Origin: Trichosphaerium sp. ATCC 40318
Lineage: Eukaryota; Protista; Tubulinea
Direction of reading: 5' to 3'
Assembly: GCA_038496445.1 (NCBI GenBank)
Contig: JALMLS010000228.1
Coordinates: forward strand, 434,001 to 498,000
Length of the DNA stretch: 64,000 nucleotides
Below the pieces are notes generated by a model that was not told the DNA's origin, did no database searches, and saw only the letters and a program-made list of their open reading frames with translations. The position numbers were made by a program, and so were the translations under genes. Below, in pieces: positions 39,401-52,830 of the stretch; the first letter of the stretch is position 1, and each line of letters opens with the position of its first letter.

Positions 39401-40814
39401 AACAAGTATGAAATGAAAATAATTATTGAAACAAACCTTGAGAACTTCGCTGATATCTATTGTAATTTGTAGATCCACAACTGTCCAATAGACTTGCCAG
39501 TGATTCTTCAAGTGCCTTTGTCCATTTATGAGACGCTTTCGAATGCTTACTTCTGTTAACTGAAAGGAATTGTGAGTATTTGCAATATTACCTTTTGTTG
39601 AGCGTCTTGTGCCGTATTAAGCGCGTTTTTATCATTGAGATATACAATCTTGATAAACCAGCTCGCTCTGTTTAGAGGCACACGATATTCAAACAGTTTT
39701 GGAATCAAAGTTAGCTTCCTAAATGAGCAAAAAATCAGAAACTAACTTTCAATTTCACAATTTATCTTCTTACGGATTACTCAATTTTGGAACTTTGACA
39801 GATAACTCGTGAAGTGGTACTTTACCAGCCAATCGCCTGAACCATTGCCTTTCGAACTCATTATTTATTGCCTAGATGCAAGTAAGTAACGAAAACCCGA
39901 AAATACTAAACCGGTAATACAAAATAAATAAAAAAAAACCCATATCGAGAAAAACAGCTCACAACAACAATGTATGCATATTTTCAGCCATGTTTCTATT
40001 TTAAAAAACTTCACATCAACAATATTGTACCTTTGCGATTGGAAATAATGGTCTTTGCTTCGGGTTAGGCCAGTCACCCTGCTAAATGTTTATTTTAGCG
40101 AAAAGAAAATTTATTTGGAGAATTTGTACCGGTTTTGGCTTATTTCTATTACGTTCGCGACCTTTGAAGTACAAGCTTGTAAGACTAATAAAAGATCGAT
40201 CAGTACAAAAAAAAAATTAAAAAACTTATGGAAAATGTCAAAGTTAACAAAGCAAAACTACAGCTGCCATTGAGATCGTTATACGTACCTCGACGATAAT
40301 CTACGTTTAAAGTCTGTAAAAAGCTGTGGATTTTGTCCAAAACGCTTTCGAACGTCGCTACGTAATGAAGAGTATTCGTCCTACAGGATCGTTAACGCAA
40401 CAAACGCAAAAAAGTTAGGTTGTGGTACTTTGACAATTTTAAGCGTAACGTAACCGTTTGAAATGGCAGTACGTGTCATTGTTTGTTCATCAGCGGTTCT
40501 CGGGTCAAATGGAAAGTAATCTGGAATGCCCAATTTTGCGTTCATGGGTTGAATGTTTGGAGCTTGTTCTTCCCATTTTTGCACCGCATGCGATGCGTAG
40601 TTTCCACCGTACTGAGGGCGACTTCGCTGGCGAACAGCCGCTGGAGGGTTAGAAGGGTAGTGCATCGCTCTATTTGCGTGATCGCGGCGACTTGGTTGGC
40701 GGTTGTAACCTGATTTGTAAACAGTAAGGGATCGAGCGTCAATGTGACCTTTAGGGCAAACTAATGGCAGAAAATAATAGTACCATGCGACGGGGGTCTA
40801 GAGTTATGGCTCAT
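33478..40814 (-). CDS. MED12: Mediator kinase-module subunit 12, many exons
   Basis: LGIPDYFPFDP...EQTMT; WFRRLAGKVPLHELS...VPLNRASWFIK (Med12 domain); FYGELIRKGLFSHNKYVRSLISRG; C-terminal IDPWIVLQG. Confidence 0.85.
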
Positions 40815-41200
40815 TTGTACGCAAAGCCTCCAAGATACTTTATTTCGTTAAATCTTATCCGGAGGCCTAGATTTTACGTATGGAGTAAGGCAGAGCTTAC
40901 ATATGTTCGTGGTGTTAATAGAATTGGCTAACACGAAATTCCATCAAACAAATGGGTGTTAAACTAGATTCAACGAAAGTCATGAAATATTTGGTTGACG
41001 TCTGACAGTTAATACAAATAGAAAGACTGACTCATTGACAAGGCACACGCATGTATTTACAAGACGGTAATCTACCCAATTAGTTTTTTTTTGTCGCCTT
41101 GTTCAGAATATTTTAACGATTTCAGACCATACAATCAGACACGCTTTAAACCAAGGCGTAGCTCTTCCATATTTTGAGCTTTTCATGGTAATGCTGTCCT

Positions 41201-42181
41201 TTACATTTCTAAACTCCGCTGTACACACCGCCTGACGGCCTTTTTGAATTCTTTTGGCTTTTCTCGCCATTGTTTCTATGCAACATAAGCAAATAGACGG
41301 GTAAAATAAAATCCCATTTTGATTATTTCGTACTGCTGCTTCAATATTAGCTGGGGATTGGTCGTTTGGGTCTGACAACATTGAAATTACGCTGATGAGA
41401 ATAGTTTCCGCTGTACAACGTTACCACGTTATCAGAAATAGTATTTTTCATTTCTTACCTGTGTGGATTGGCAGCCACCTTTCACTAGCTTTTTCATAAC
41501 CGTACTTATCATCGCCAGGAGGATGTAAAATAGATATACACACTTCTCCGTGCTTGTAAACTAAATAGTAGTTAGTACAACTATTACATGATGACAGGTT
41601 GAATAGGCAATTGCACATACAGTATACTGTCTATACAATTTACTGTCGCTTGTACAAGAGCGAATAAAGAGCAAAGTTTTTTTCAGAATGGTATTTTTGG
41701 TTGTGGGCTCGTAGAGTACTAAAGGATGCGTGTACCATTAGGATGCCATATGTTAGTGGTGAACGTCATCTTAGGAGGCGAATCAGGGTGATTGTAGTTG
41801 AACTTGAGGATTGCATTGAACATGCCGCCTTCACTACGCAATAAAGTCAGTTTTTTTGTTTTAAAACGCTAAATCACACGACAGGCGTTATTCAGAGTTA
41901 ATTTAACAGTGTTTGAAAGCAATAATTTGTCAAAAAACGCACTACAAGGTATCAGGAGGTCCAACTATGAGTATTTGCCATTCAAATATATTAGAGTCGT
42001 CAACCAAGCCTACAGAGAAGCCCTCAACTGGATTTTTTTGTAGTTCTGTAATTGGCACTAGTAAGAAGCTTCCGCGAGTATTATTTACGCACTAACCCCT
42101 TAATTGCTTTTGTAGAATCAAAGTGGCCGTTTGAGATTTAGACTTGTAGTCTGGGTCGTTTTTACCGTCGTTCTCCGCCAT
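41201..42181 (-). CDS. UBE2G: Ubiquitin-conjugating enzyme E2 G (Ubc7/UBE2G1-like)
   Basis: GFSVGLVDDSNIFEW, GPPDTLYEGG, WHPN, VCISILHPPGDDKYGYEKASERWLPIHT with the acidic loop, SPANIEAA. Confidence 0.93.
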
Positions 42182-42769
42182 GTGCTTCTTTGTGGTAAAT
42201 ATTGTTTTTTTTGGTTCTGTTAAGCAGTGTTGGCAAAACGCAACGTCTTAGCAATCGATACTCAAAAACGATGCATCTGATTTAGAAACTCTGAGTTTGG
42301 GCGGTTGTCTAATTGAACGCAAACGGTCTCGTAACGCATTGACAAAAGTGTCACTTTTGTGTAACATGTCATCGACAGCGACAACTTTCAAAATATGTTT
42401 GTAAGCGCAAAACACTGTTCTCACTTAGAGTGAGCACTATTGGTACTAAATTAATTTGTACTACGACAGTGACTCTAAGAGTAATATTTCAGTGAAAGAA
42501 AAGTTAATTAATTCCAACAGAAATTTCATTTGTTTTAAAACACCATGAACTGGTTTTTAAACGTATCCAAAGCTATTGCTCGTTGATACATGCAATTCAA
42601 TGCGCCGATATCGATGCATACCTCTGTGCACTAAGTTCGTGTAAGGGTAGCTTGAAAGTAATTCGCCTTTCACGTCTTTTTATAATTCTTCTCCTTTCTG
42701 AACATTACTAGGTTTACTAGGTTTACATTTGTCTGCTACTGCTGAACAGCATTCTGCCATAAAACTACT

Positions 42770-43921
42770 TTATTTCTTTATAAATGACTCGCAAATTGAC
42801 CACAAAGCTTCATTCTTTGCCTTGTCAGTAAATTGTAGTCTACCTTGTGATCCGACACCATTCCAGAACTTTCCTGTTTCTTTGTTAGATGAACGCACAA
42901 CATAATAAACTTACCTGTAATCCCTTCCACGTCCTTGTGCGTGGCTAAATACAATGCAATCGCTGCACCATCGGCAGGACTTTTGCCACCACCAAATCCA
43001 AGATCAGAAAGAAGCTTAAATACCGGTGTCATTATTTAACTTTTTTAGTTGGGTGATAAAATTCGTACCTTAGTGTTGCACATGCCGGGCGTCATTGTAT
43101 TCAATATAATCTTTGATCCCTGTTCTCTCAATTTCTCATTCAAAACCCAGCTGAGCATACGGTTTGCTTGCTTACTTTGTTGATAAGCTGCGTTCGCAGA
43201 GTACGTTCTTTTATCGAAGTTGAGATCATTAATATCAAACTGACCAACATAACCTTAAGACTGGTTAACAGCAATAGCTCCTATTTTGCAGTAAAAAAAC
43301 ATACTAGAGGCCACATTGACTATACGGGCATTTCCGGTCTTATTAAGCTGAGGTAGAAGAAGATTTGATAATAAAAAGTATCCCATTACGTTTGTCCCAA
43401 AAACCTTTTCAAGGCCATCAACACTACCTTGTTTTTAAGACTACAGCTTCTCTATGGACAACGTACGTAGTCTCTTTTTTATTTGCACCACCTATACCAG
43501 CATTGTTGACCAGAATGTCCAATCTATCGTACTGTTCTGAAAAGTTTTTTGCAAAGTTACGAATTGACGCTTGTGAAGAGGTGTCAAGGATCATGAGGTG
43601 TACTCTTTCTTCTGGAGCCTTTGTGGTGCCCACTGTCAATAATTAGGCAATTTAAGGCTAGATGGATAGAATTGACATGATTATTGTTCTCGTATGAGCT
43701 ACAATAGCATTTTGGTACCAAGTACGTACTTATGTCTTTAACGGCGGTTTTTCCACGGCTTTCGTTTCTACATCCTAAAATTACAGTGCCGCCCCTTGAG
43801 ACAAGTCCTGATACCAATTATCCTTGTTTACACTCAAAAAACTTGCGATACCTCTTGCAGTCTCCAAACCAACACCTTGGTTAGCTCCTGTCACGACACA
43901 TATTTTACCTGCTATGCTCAT
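42770..43921 (-). CDS. Short-chain dehydrogenase/reductase (retinol dehydrogenase/WWOX-like)
   Basis: VVTGANQGVG, GCRN, LDILVNNAG, AYQQSK (YxxxK), TPG, ALW C-terminus. Confidence 0.9.
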
Positions 43922-44278
43922 TGATATACGTTGGAAAAGTATCGATTTGTCGTTAAGTCAAATGCCAGAGATGCTACAAAATAAAAAAAAACTCTTACAG
44001 ACGATACATGATAAAAAAAGAGCAGTAGAAGAGGAAATACACACTTAGAGGAGCTACAAAAAAGAAAGTCAATTAATAGAGAACTTTGACAAGTGCTCTG
44101 ACAATAAATGCGAATAAATCAATCACCTTTTCTTGTAAGTATTCGAGTAAATTGCTTGCGCTTTTAATAGCTATTTGTTGTTTATAATTATTTAAGCCAA
44201 CTGTGTGGCTGAAATGTCGTTTATTTGGTTGTGTTTTGATTGCTTGAATCTAAAAGATGTATGTCTCCCCTTTGTTGC

Positions 44279-47200
44279 TTACGATGTACCTTGATCAAGT
44301 GTCCATATATTCCAATGTTGGGCATTATTCCCAGGAACTCTTGCTCTGCATCCGTTACAGCAACTTTGTTTTCTTACACAGAAGCAATGAACTGCTGTTT
44401 GGTCTCCATGAGTTTGCCATGGAAGGTCTTGTGTGATAATTTCATTAGTACAATCCGGATCTTCTAAAGCAACAGCAGCGCATTCTCCACTGTAAAACCA
44501 TTGGTTCCAGATACCTGCACGTCCTCTGATGAGTAATTTTTTGTGACATCTACTTTCAGCGCCATTGTTACACGAATGGTGCTGTCTGCCGCCTCCAAGG
44601 TTTTCCCAGTAGTTGTTGAACCCATCACAATACTTACCAGCTTCTTTGATTATAAGTTGAGGAGGATTGAATGGAGGTGTATCAATCTTTGGTTCCAAGT
44701 CACAATTTCTGCAATCATCCGTCATTGGCCACTTGGGTATACGAGTAACATTTTTGTTAAGATTTGCAGAGTCACAAGAAATGCATTTGTCACCATGTCT
44801 CCATGGGATATCTTGATGTTGTGGTGGAATTACGTAACCAGGGAAGAGACGTCCAGATCCTCTCAAATAGCATGTTGAGTGATATGCTGGATCACCAGCA
44901 TGTACGACTTCTGTAGTTCCAAATGTCTCCGAAGGCAAACGAGCGCGTACTGTAAAGCAAACATCAGCGTTACTACCTGCATTGCCAAGGTTTACTACAA
45001 TGTCTTTGCATAATTGAGGTAGAAGATTAGCTTGTCCGTTGTACTGGTTTGGTTCACTAAATCTTGGCATGACAACAAATCCTTGACAACCAGGTTTTCT
45101 GCCTGTACATAATTTTTCGCATACACTGAGGTCATTGTAAACTCTGTGACAGTCTATGAATCAAAGTAAGAAATACAACGAAGGATGTTAGAGGAAAAAA
45201 CAAACTAACATACCAAAAACTTCACGATAATCAGGAAAGAAACAGTGATCGACACGTCTAAAAATCAAAATAGTCAACACCAATAAACAACAGTGTTGAG
45301 AAAAAACAAAGAAAAGCACGTGGAATACAAAAGGTAAAAAAACTGCTTACGTGAAACCGCCGTCAGGGTTAACCAAACCATAGATGTCTTGGACTTGTCT
45401 GTTGACGTAATCAACATCAACGCAATCCCTATATCCTCTCCATTGCCATTGTATAACGTAAGAACCAAAATCAGATCCTGAAGGAATGGAAAGTCTAACC
45501 ATATCGGAATCTTGAGGTCTGTGCGCAAAGTGATCAAACTTGAAAATACCTTTTACAAAAGGCATTTTACTGTTTGTGTATTCGCAATAATTCCTCAATT
45601 CAAGGTCATCCTTGTACCCAAACAATGTAGCATCATCTCTCCATACACCAAAGGCTGATGGACGAGGGATAAAATTAGGAGAAGAACGAGGGATTTCTCC
45701 GCTGTAGTATTGAAGGAACGGATCGAACCCAGCATTCCGAGCTTGGAACTGTCTGTGATAAACAGGCAAGTCTTTGCAAGCACTGTTTGGTGCCTCGTTC
45801 AGGTACACCTCCATTGAAGCGAAAGAAACTTCTCTAAGCCGTGGTTCATCTTCTGCTTTGACTATAACATAGTATGATGGTTGAGTGTGACCTACAGACC
45901 ACTCAATCTCGAATGGCTGTCCCGGACCAACTTGAACATGTGGAGAGCCTTGTATTCTTGCTGGGCATGGAGTTTGTGTACTTGCTATATCTTTACTTCT
46001 TCCTAGTCCTTGCCAGTTATGGGCGCGAATTGTTGGTAACGAAACTAAAGCAATAACACAGAGAGCCAATACCATTGAAGTTGTCATGTTTTTAGGTGAT
46101 CGGATTGATAAGCCAAGTATAGCAAGAGTCATGAAGATAAAAGCAGATATCGATTTTGTGGCAGATGATTTTGTAGCGCCTTTAGCTGCAATAATTGTCT
46201 CACCAGGATTAGCTGGAGGAAGAGTGGTAGCGAGACATTTGCACATGCGAAGACTGGGAAAAAGTGAGAAATTGTAACAATTAGTTTTGACACGTACCCA
46301 ATTCTTTCATCACCACTTCTGGCGTCACAAGTTACACGTTGTCTATTGCGACCCTGGTCCGCACATCTTGAGTCATCGTAGTAGCATAGACCATCAGTAC
46401 CCATTGTAGCACCTTTGTTGCTGCAACTGCTTACGTACGGAAGTTTGCACCGAAAGCTTTGAGGAAGAATAATGTTCTCAATACGTGTTGGACTGTTAAT
46501 ACGCTCCATGTGAACACGATCACATAGAAGATTCTCCTCAGCGCATCTATTTGTGCATGATTGACCTCTCTACAAAAGTTTAGGAAGGATCAAAGAAACG
46601 AAAAAAAACAAAAAAAATGATCGGATTTTCTGAAAAACGCGAGCCAGCGTTTAATGCGTTTTATTACCTTGGATTGGAACCATGTTTGACGTGGTTTGGT
46701 TTTTGTTGATTCAGTAAGTGTAAGAGGACCAGATCCGCCGTTGTTTGGCCAATAAAAAGCGCCAGTGTTGGCATCACCTTGCTTTATCAGACAATGGAAC
46801 GTTACTTTTCCTGTTCCCTTAATCGGAGCCTTCCACTTCCATGTAGACTTGAGAGGCTTTAGTTCCGCACTGTTATGTGTAATGCTTTGGCTACAAGAGT
46901 GTGAGTTAGGCCAAGGTAACTGGAAGAACGCTACAAGGACAGTAAGACAAAATAGTCAAAAGTTGTCGGAAAAAAAACACATTTTGTTTTCTGAACTTAC
47001 GATTCTGTTCATCAGGTAAAAGCCATTCGCCAACTCTGTTACCATCTTCATCTTGAGCGTAGATTAGAATACCGCGGTATTTGAGGGCATAATTCTTGAC
47101 ACGAATACTAATGTCCATGACAGTGCCAGGAATATATTCTGTGAGCTTAGCTTCTTCTTTTCCAGCCCAAGTGATGTAGGCATTGCTACGAACAACTTTT

Positions 47201-47403
47201 GTAGCCCATGACATACGAGGCTCTGGTCGTTTGTTACAAGTAAGTCTGTCAACTCTACCATTCGGGAATACTCTGTAATCTCCGGGAGGACATCCCCAGT
47301 CAGGTGAAGCTGCATCACAGTTGGGCACTGACTCTGTAGGCCTTGATGCGCCATTTGCTAGAGCTAAAATAGCTACTACACAAAGTACTAAACAAGCACG
47401 CAT
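44279..47403 (-). CDS. Secreted/membrane polyprotein: signal peptide, Reeler domain, Cys-rich domain, TM, internal signal peptide, LPMO-like domain, Cys-rich C-terminal domains
   Basis: MRACLVLCVVAILALANG; Reeler motifs YIPG, YRGILIYA, VGEW, CSQSITH, WKAP, VTFH; in-frame exons lead to TIRA-HNW...WSVGH...YVIQWQWRGYRDCVDV. Confidence 0.8.
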
Positions 47404-48865
47404 TCTAAACAGACAATCAAAATGCCGTCTTTTTATCACGTGATTTATAAAAAGCAAGCGAGAAGAATTGTATACGAATAGAAGGTACGTACTTTGAAAC
47501 GCACGAGGAGTTGCTGTGAGCGTTGTATGTGTTCGAACTAAATAAGATAAAAACGGAAAGAGATGATAAGACAAGGTTACAGAAAGGGTTTTGGTTCAAA
47601 ATAGCACCTTAGCATCAAATAAGAGAAGGACCGCGGTCTATATGTTAAAGGTTTGAACTGTCGGAATAGTGGGCTAACAGTGTCCCTTACCATAAATCAT
47701 TTCATAGTGCTACCTTTTTTAAAGGGTATGCCTATGCTCGCGATCAATACAAACAGACAAGCTACAGCTTGTTACGACCATATATCCGTTCACAGATTTG
47801 AACACATTCGCTTTCCGGCCTAGCGTGCTCGTTGAGCCAAAACTAAGGTGCTAACCAACGTCCAAACTTCGGTGTATACTCACAATTCACGTGATACATA
47901 CAGCGAAAAAAAAAGTGAATACAAGTGTGGTCCAATAGTTCATATACTGACGAAAGCTAACAACAGTCGCATTAAAGATTTGTACAGTTCTGTGGCATCA
48001 ACTTGTATTGTTAATTGATATTCCATAGTGGACCACAGTCTGATAACTAACGCATGATGCAAAAATATTACTGCTACTTTCCTGCTGTATTGACGCCGTT
48101 CTTGGTAATAAAAAGAAATGCAATATTGTAGCAACAATGTAAAGAGACTATACCGAAAATTAATGTTAAAGAACAATACAATTGAAACGAGCACTGTTGT
48201 CACTTTTGCAAATAGTCCATTACCAATCTGACACTGGACTCCCACAATATAAAAGTTATTTTCCATGCTTACCACATCGATGATAAATGTGAGGAGAAAA
48301 GAACCACGGTAAAACGTGATGTGTACAGCTCTGTTTATTGGTTTGGAACATATGTTCTAATATACAAAACCTCTACACTTGCCGGCTTGTTGTGTGTTGG
48401 CAGACGTCTTTATACCAACAATAGGTTAATTACATACTCCCAGAAAACGTGAAGATACGTCGTAAAGTGTTCACGAATAGCGTGAGGATGACCAACAAGA
48501 ACTGACGTTTTGTCTTTGTAAAAGTGTCAACGTGCTGTTTACCAAACCTTGAGAACTCTTTGACAACGAAAGTTGTATGAATGCTTAAGGCTTTTAACTT
48601 GTCGACATCACTAGCGTTTCACTTGAGGACGTTAATGTTTACAGTGGGCTTGTGATTGTCATAAAATCGAACCTTCTCACTGGATTGAGTAAAAGAGCTA
48701 TAGACGATGTTGACATAGCTTACTGATAACTAAATTTGGAGTGAAAAAATTAGTAAAGGATTTGCAGTTGAACCTGTTAACTAACATAAAAAAAGAATAG
48801 TCTTAAAGTGTTTAATTTACAAGTGCATACAAAACGGGTCTTTTTTCCCTTCAATCTGTGGTTGT

Positions 48866-51492
48866 TTAAGGCAATCTTGGAACCCAACTCCTGTCAGCAA
48901 CATACTGTCCTTTTTCGACATTCTTCAGCCTATGTGGTGCGACAACATTATCAGTCGCTCCAATAACCGAAACATCCAAAACTTGACAAGTTACTTCCAA
49001 TAAACCAGGACTAGATGCTTTCCTCGTGTTTACATCTCTTCCTTTACCTTTAATGTCCAATGAATCAGGTGGTATCACAAAAACGACGACCAATGGTGCT
49101 GTTGCATTATCTTTAATTTGAAGCTCCGTTGGTGGTACGATATGATGAACTGAGTCACACATTAGGTAGGTGCAGTTAGGTTTCCAGTGCGTTATCTCTG
49201 GTACAATTCGCTCTTCTGTTTTCACAATGTGAGCATCTGAGGCATCCATAACCATTCTTACTTCTGATGGCATATCCTGAAAAAAAAATCAGAAAGAGTT
49301 CTCAAAGCAACCGAAAGAAAAAAAAGAAAAAAAAATGGTTTTTGTTTTGAATAAAGTCGTACCTCATCGTGATGCTCAACAATGTTCATTGCGTGCGAAC
49401 CGGACACAGAACGCGTGCCCTTAACCAAGCCATTCTCTCCGGCTGGTTTTTCACGGGCACCTGCGTTATCACTTGCAGATTGTCCTTTCTCACCGCGCTC
49501 TTCACTTTGGTTAACTCCAAAGGCTACAGCGCCTTCGTTGTCATAACCGCTACCGTCAGCGGCGTTTGATTGGCGAGATGAAGCTGATGAGTCATTATCA
49601 GAAGATGCTTGTTGAGAAGATGTTGAAGAAGGTTGGATCATTTGAGGTTGGGCAGATACTAATCGTGGTGAATCAGATTGGATTGATTGTGAGCCTTGGA
49701 CAGCTGCAAATCGTTTTGCTTGTGGTTGTGGTGATGATGTTGTTACAGTTGATGCTTCTTTTTGTTGTTTAGTTTGCGAAGCCTCTCGGTTATGGACTGC
49801 ACGTTCCATGCGGATTCTATTTCTTGCTTGGTCTGGTTGGCTAACTTCAATAATTTCGCCCGACTTTCCTCTATGTCCGTCGAAACGGAGTGGATGGCGT
49901 GCATGCGAGTTATAGTGGACGTGAGGGACCGACGTCTGGCGTAGCCCGGCAAAAGGGGACTAGAGAAAAAAAGTTAGAGACAAAACAAGTCAAACAAAAA
50001 AAGAAAAGAAAGAAAAAAAAAACCAAGTTGTACCTGTGTGTGATTCCAGAGGAGTCCGAAAGAGAAGAGGACCAAGAGGAGACAAACAGACGACGTGCTT
50101 ACATTTGACGTCTGCCAGGATTGCTGTTTAGTGCTGGATCGAAGGAAATGGTTTGTTGTTTGATTACGCTGCGGCGACATTCGTTTTCTTCCGCCCATCT
50201 GGAGCGGAGACTGTTGCGGTGACTGTTGCGGTGATTGTTGCGGCGATTCGAATTGTATTCCGTGCGGTGACTGTTGTTGTTGCTGTTGGTCTCGCGGCGC
50301 AGTTAGGTTTTGCAAGTATTGTATACCTAAAACAAGTAAGTAAGCAAAAAGATTTGTCATGTATGTCAAAAAAAGTTTTTTTGTAGAGTGGTGCGTACCG
50401 GAATATATTGCTCGTAATCCCTTATTTTTTCGAACAAGGTTGCGCAAATACTCCATCTCTTTCTTCATGGTACCATTCTCGCTTTGAGCTGCGAGAAGCT
50501 GGTTTCGTAGAGTGGTATTCTCGGATTGGAGAGTTGTTACTTTCTCCTCTAGCTTGGCGAAGTGTTGTTTGGTGTTGCGTCTCGACTTTTTAGCGGATTC
50601 GCGGTTTTTCACCTTTCTGCGCTGAAGTTTGAACTCACGCAATTCTTCGGTATCTAGAGTCCTCATATCCTGCGAGAAAGTGTCAATGGAGCAGTTTATA
50701 ACGTTTAAAAAAAATTGTAGAGAGCGTACAAGGACTTTTTTGAAATAAATTTCAAACGTATCGCTGGTCATGGAACGTAGCGTTTCTGCCGATAAAAGTA
50801 CAGAACCTTCCAAAGGAGGCTCAGGTACAGAGATTTCGGACGCCTTGCGTTTGTTGCTTCTAGACTTCGCAGGAGTTCTATTTAACGTCAGAAAAAATTA
50901 TTTAACGAAGTAAAAGGTTTTAGTGGTTTTTTTTTGTTGCGTACCTCATTTTGAGTTTATTTTTGGTTGGAGGCTCTGTAGGCGCTGTAGCAGTGTGAGG
51001 TACTACGTACAAGTTTTGTGTTGGTACGAAACTCGTTTGCTGAACCACTGGCGCTTGCTGGAATACTTGAGGCACAGTAGTTGGCTGGGGACGCTGCTGG
51101 GGTACAGGTAGGTTCGCGAGAACTGGTTCGTTGTTCATGAAACTAGCCAGTTGTTGTAAATCCACAGCAGAGTTCGCTGAGAACGCAAACGGGTCCACAT
51201 TATTTGATGGTGGAGGCTCGTACTGTAATTGGTTCGAATTGAATAAAGGGAGTGGTTGATGGGTAGTTAGCTCGGTTAAATCGTCAGCAGAGCCTGAAAG
51301 ACTCGGCGAATACGAAGTTGAGTCAACCTCCATTTCAGAAGAGGGACTGGGCGCGTAGCTGCTCCCGCTGTCAGTGTAGCTCTCAGGACTGTCCGGTAAG
51401 GGCAACTGGTAGCTCTCGCACAGGGGCAAGCCACCGCCAGCTCTAAATTCTGGCGCGAAGAAGTCGTCTACGTCTAATAAATTAGTTGCCAT
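48866..51492 (-). CDS. Membrane-tethered bZIP transcription factor (ATF6/CREB3/bZIP28-like)
   Basis: RRKVKNRESAKKSR plus leucine heptads; TM SSVCLLLVLFSFGLLW; RRRSLT S1P-like site; luminal LLEVTCQVLDVSVI resembling the ATF6 C-terminus. Confidence 0.85.
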
Positions 51493-52414
51493 TGAGTAGT
51501 GCGGCGACTTTTGTTGGTGATGTAATTAATAGCTATGTTTAAGTGAACGGAAAATGCAAGAAAGGATTGCCACGCTGGCACAAGAAAATCGCAGGAACAT
51601 TCACGGAAAAACTGACTTGCCAACCAAAATTATGCTAAATTTCACCCAGAAACGACGCGTTCTATTACTGGCTCCTTTAATAATGTAGTTGAAGGTACAA
51701 GAGAATGCTTCAAAAATAGAAAACGTGCAAAACACTTTCGCTAATTGTTTGTTGCGTTGCTTATGACTTAAGTGAATCAGTAATCGACTGAGTGGCGTTA
51801 ACACAAGGAATTCTTGGCTTTTGGACGTGAGTGTAACTCAACAGTGACACACAAACAAATGATTACGCTTAACTAGTCAAGTTAAGTAGGCTTTCCAAAG
51901 ATGAGAAAAATGGTCATAAATATCAATGAAGTCTGCGAATACTGTTTTGTGCCTTGTCAGTTTTTTCTCGAACCATCTGTACGTGTAGGGTGTATATTTG
52001 CGTTGTCAATGGAATACACAATTTGCAGTGGTGACGTGTTGATGACTTTACAGTACTAAAAGTTCACTTAGTTACACATAAATAGCGTTTTAAAAGGTGC
52101 CCTTTACGTCACTATCTATACTACACGTGTCCATTACGCCCATCAGTGAAAGCATAACATAGGACTATTTTTATGTAAACATTTTGAACACAGTGTACCC
52201 GCATCGGAAACTATTCATCTAGCATAAAACTGTCATGTTCTACGCAGAACCAAACCTTATCACTACCAAAAGAGCTAAAAACCTATTGCTATGATGGTGC
52301 GCGCGTAGTAGCATTTTGGTACTCAGTACGTACATTTCGTCCAATGAGGCTAAACACTCACGTAAGCTGAATTACGGCGTTTTATCGTTGTATTGTTGCT
52401 CGCTTCCTTGATAT

Positions 52415-52565
52415 TGTCGTATAACTTAGCTACGGTTATAAGACGTTGTAAATAGTACAAGGTAAGGAGAAATCTAATTTATTAACTAACTTATATACAT
52501 AGGGATTAAGTACTTCGTTATCTGAATGATGACGAATGACGAATATGACAAGGTCATATACGACA
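52415..52565 (-). repeat. 3' LTR
   Basis: TGTCGTATA...TATACGACA; identical by eye to 61819-61969. Confidence 0.97.
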
Positions 52566-52580
52566 TACTCCCTCCGTTTT
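52566..52580 (-). other. Polypurine tract
   Basis: AAAACGGAGGGAGTA directly before the 3' LTR on the minus strand. Confidence 0.85.
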
Positions 52581-52830
52581 TAAGAGAACCGTCTCGGCTT
52601 CTGAATTTCATGTTCGAACTCAGCGTCAAAGTGGTTAATCCATCTATCCAATAGAGTGAGAGCTTGATCTTTTGTAGTGGCTTTTGTAATTTCGCGTTTG
52701 TAATTAGTAGCGCGGTCTCTGTTCTTAATAAAGCCAGCACTTGGTTCAACCATGTTCTTCAGGTTTGATCGGAAAGAGCTGTGAAGTTTAGCTCTTGTTG
52801 TCTTAGCGATTTTATCGCGTATGTTTTCAA

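Noticed and set aside
42342-42437. Small hairpins upstream of the E2 gene
   Set aside because: Arms are only about 9 bp in AT-rich DNA, with no supporting context
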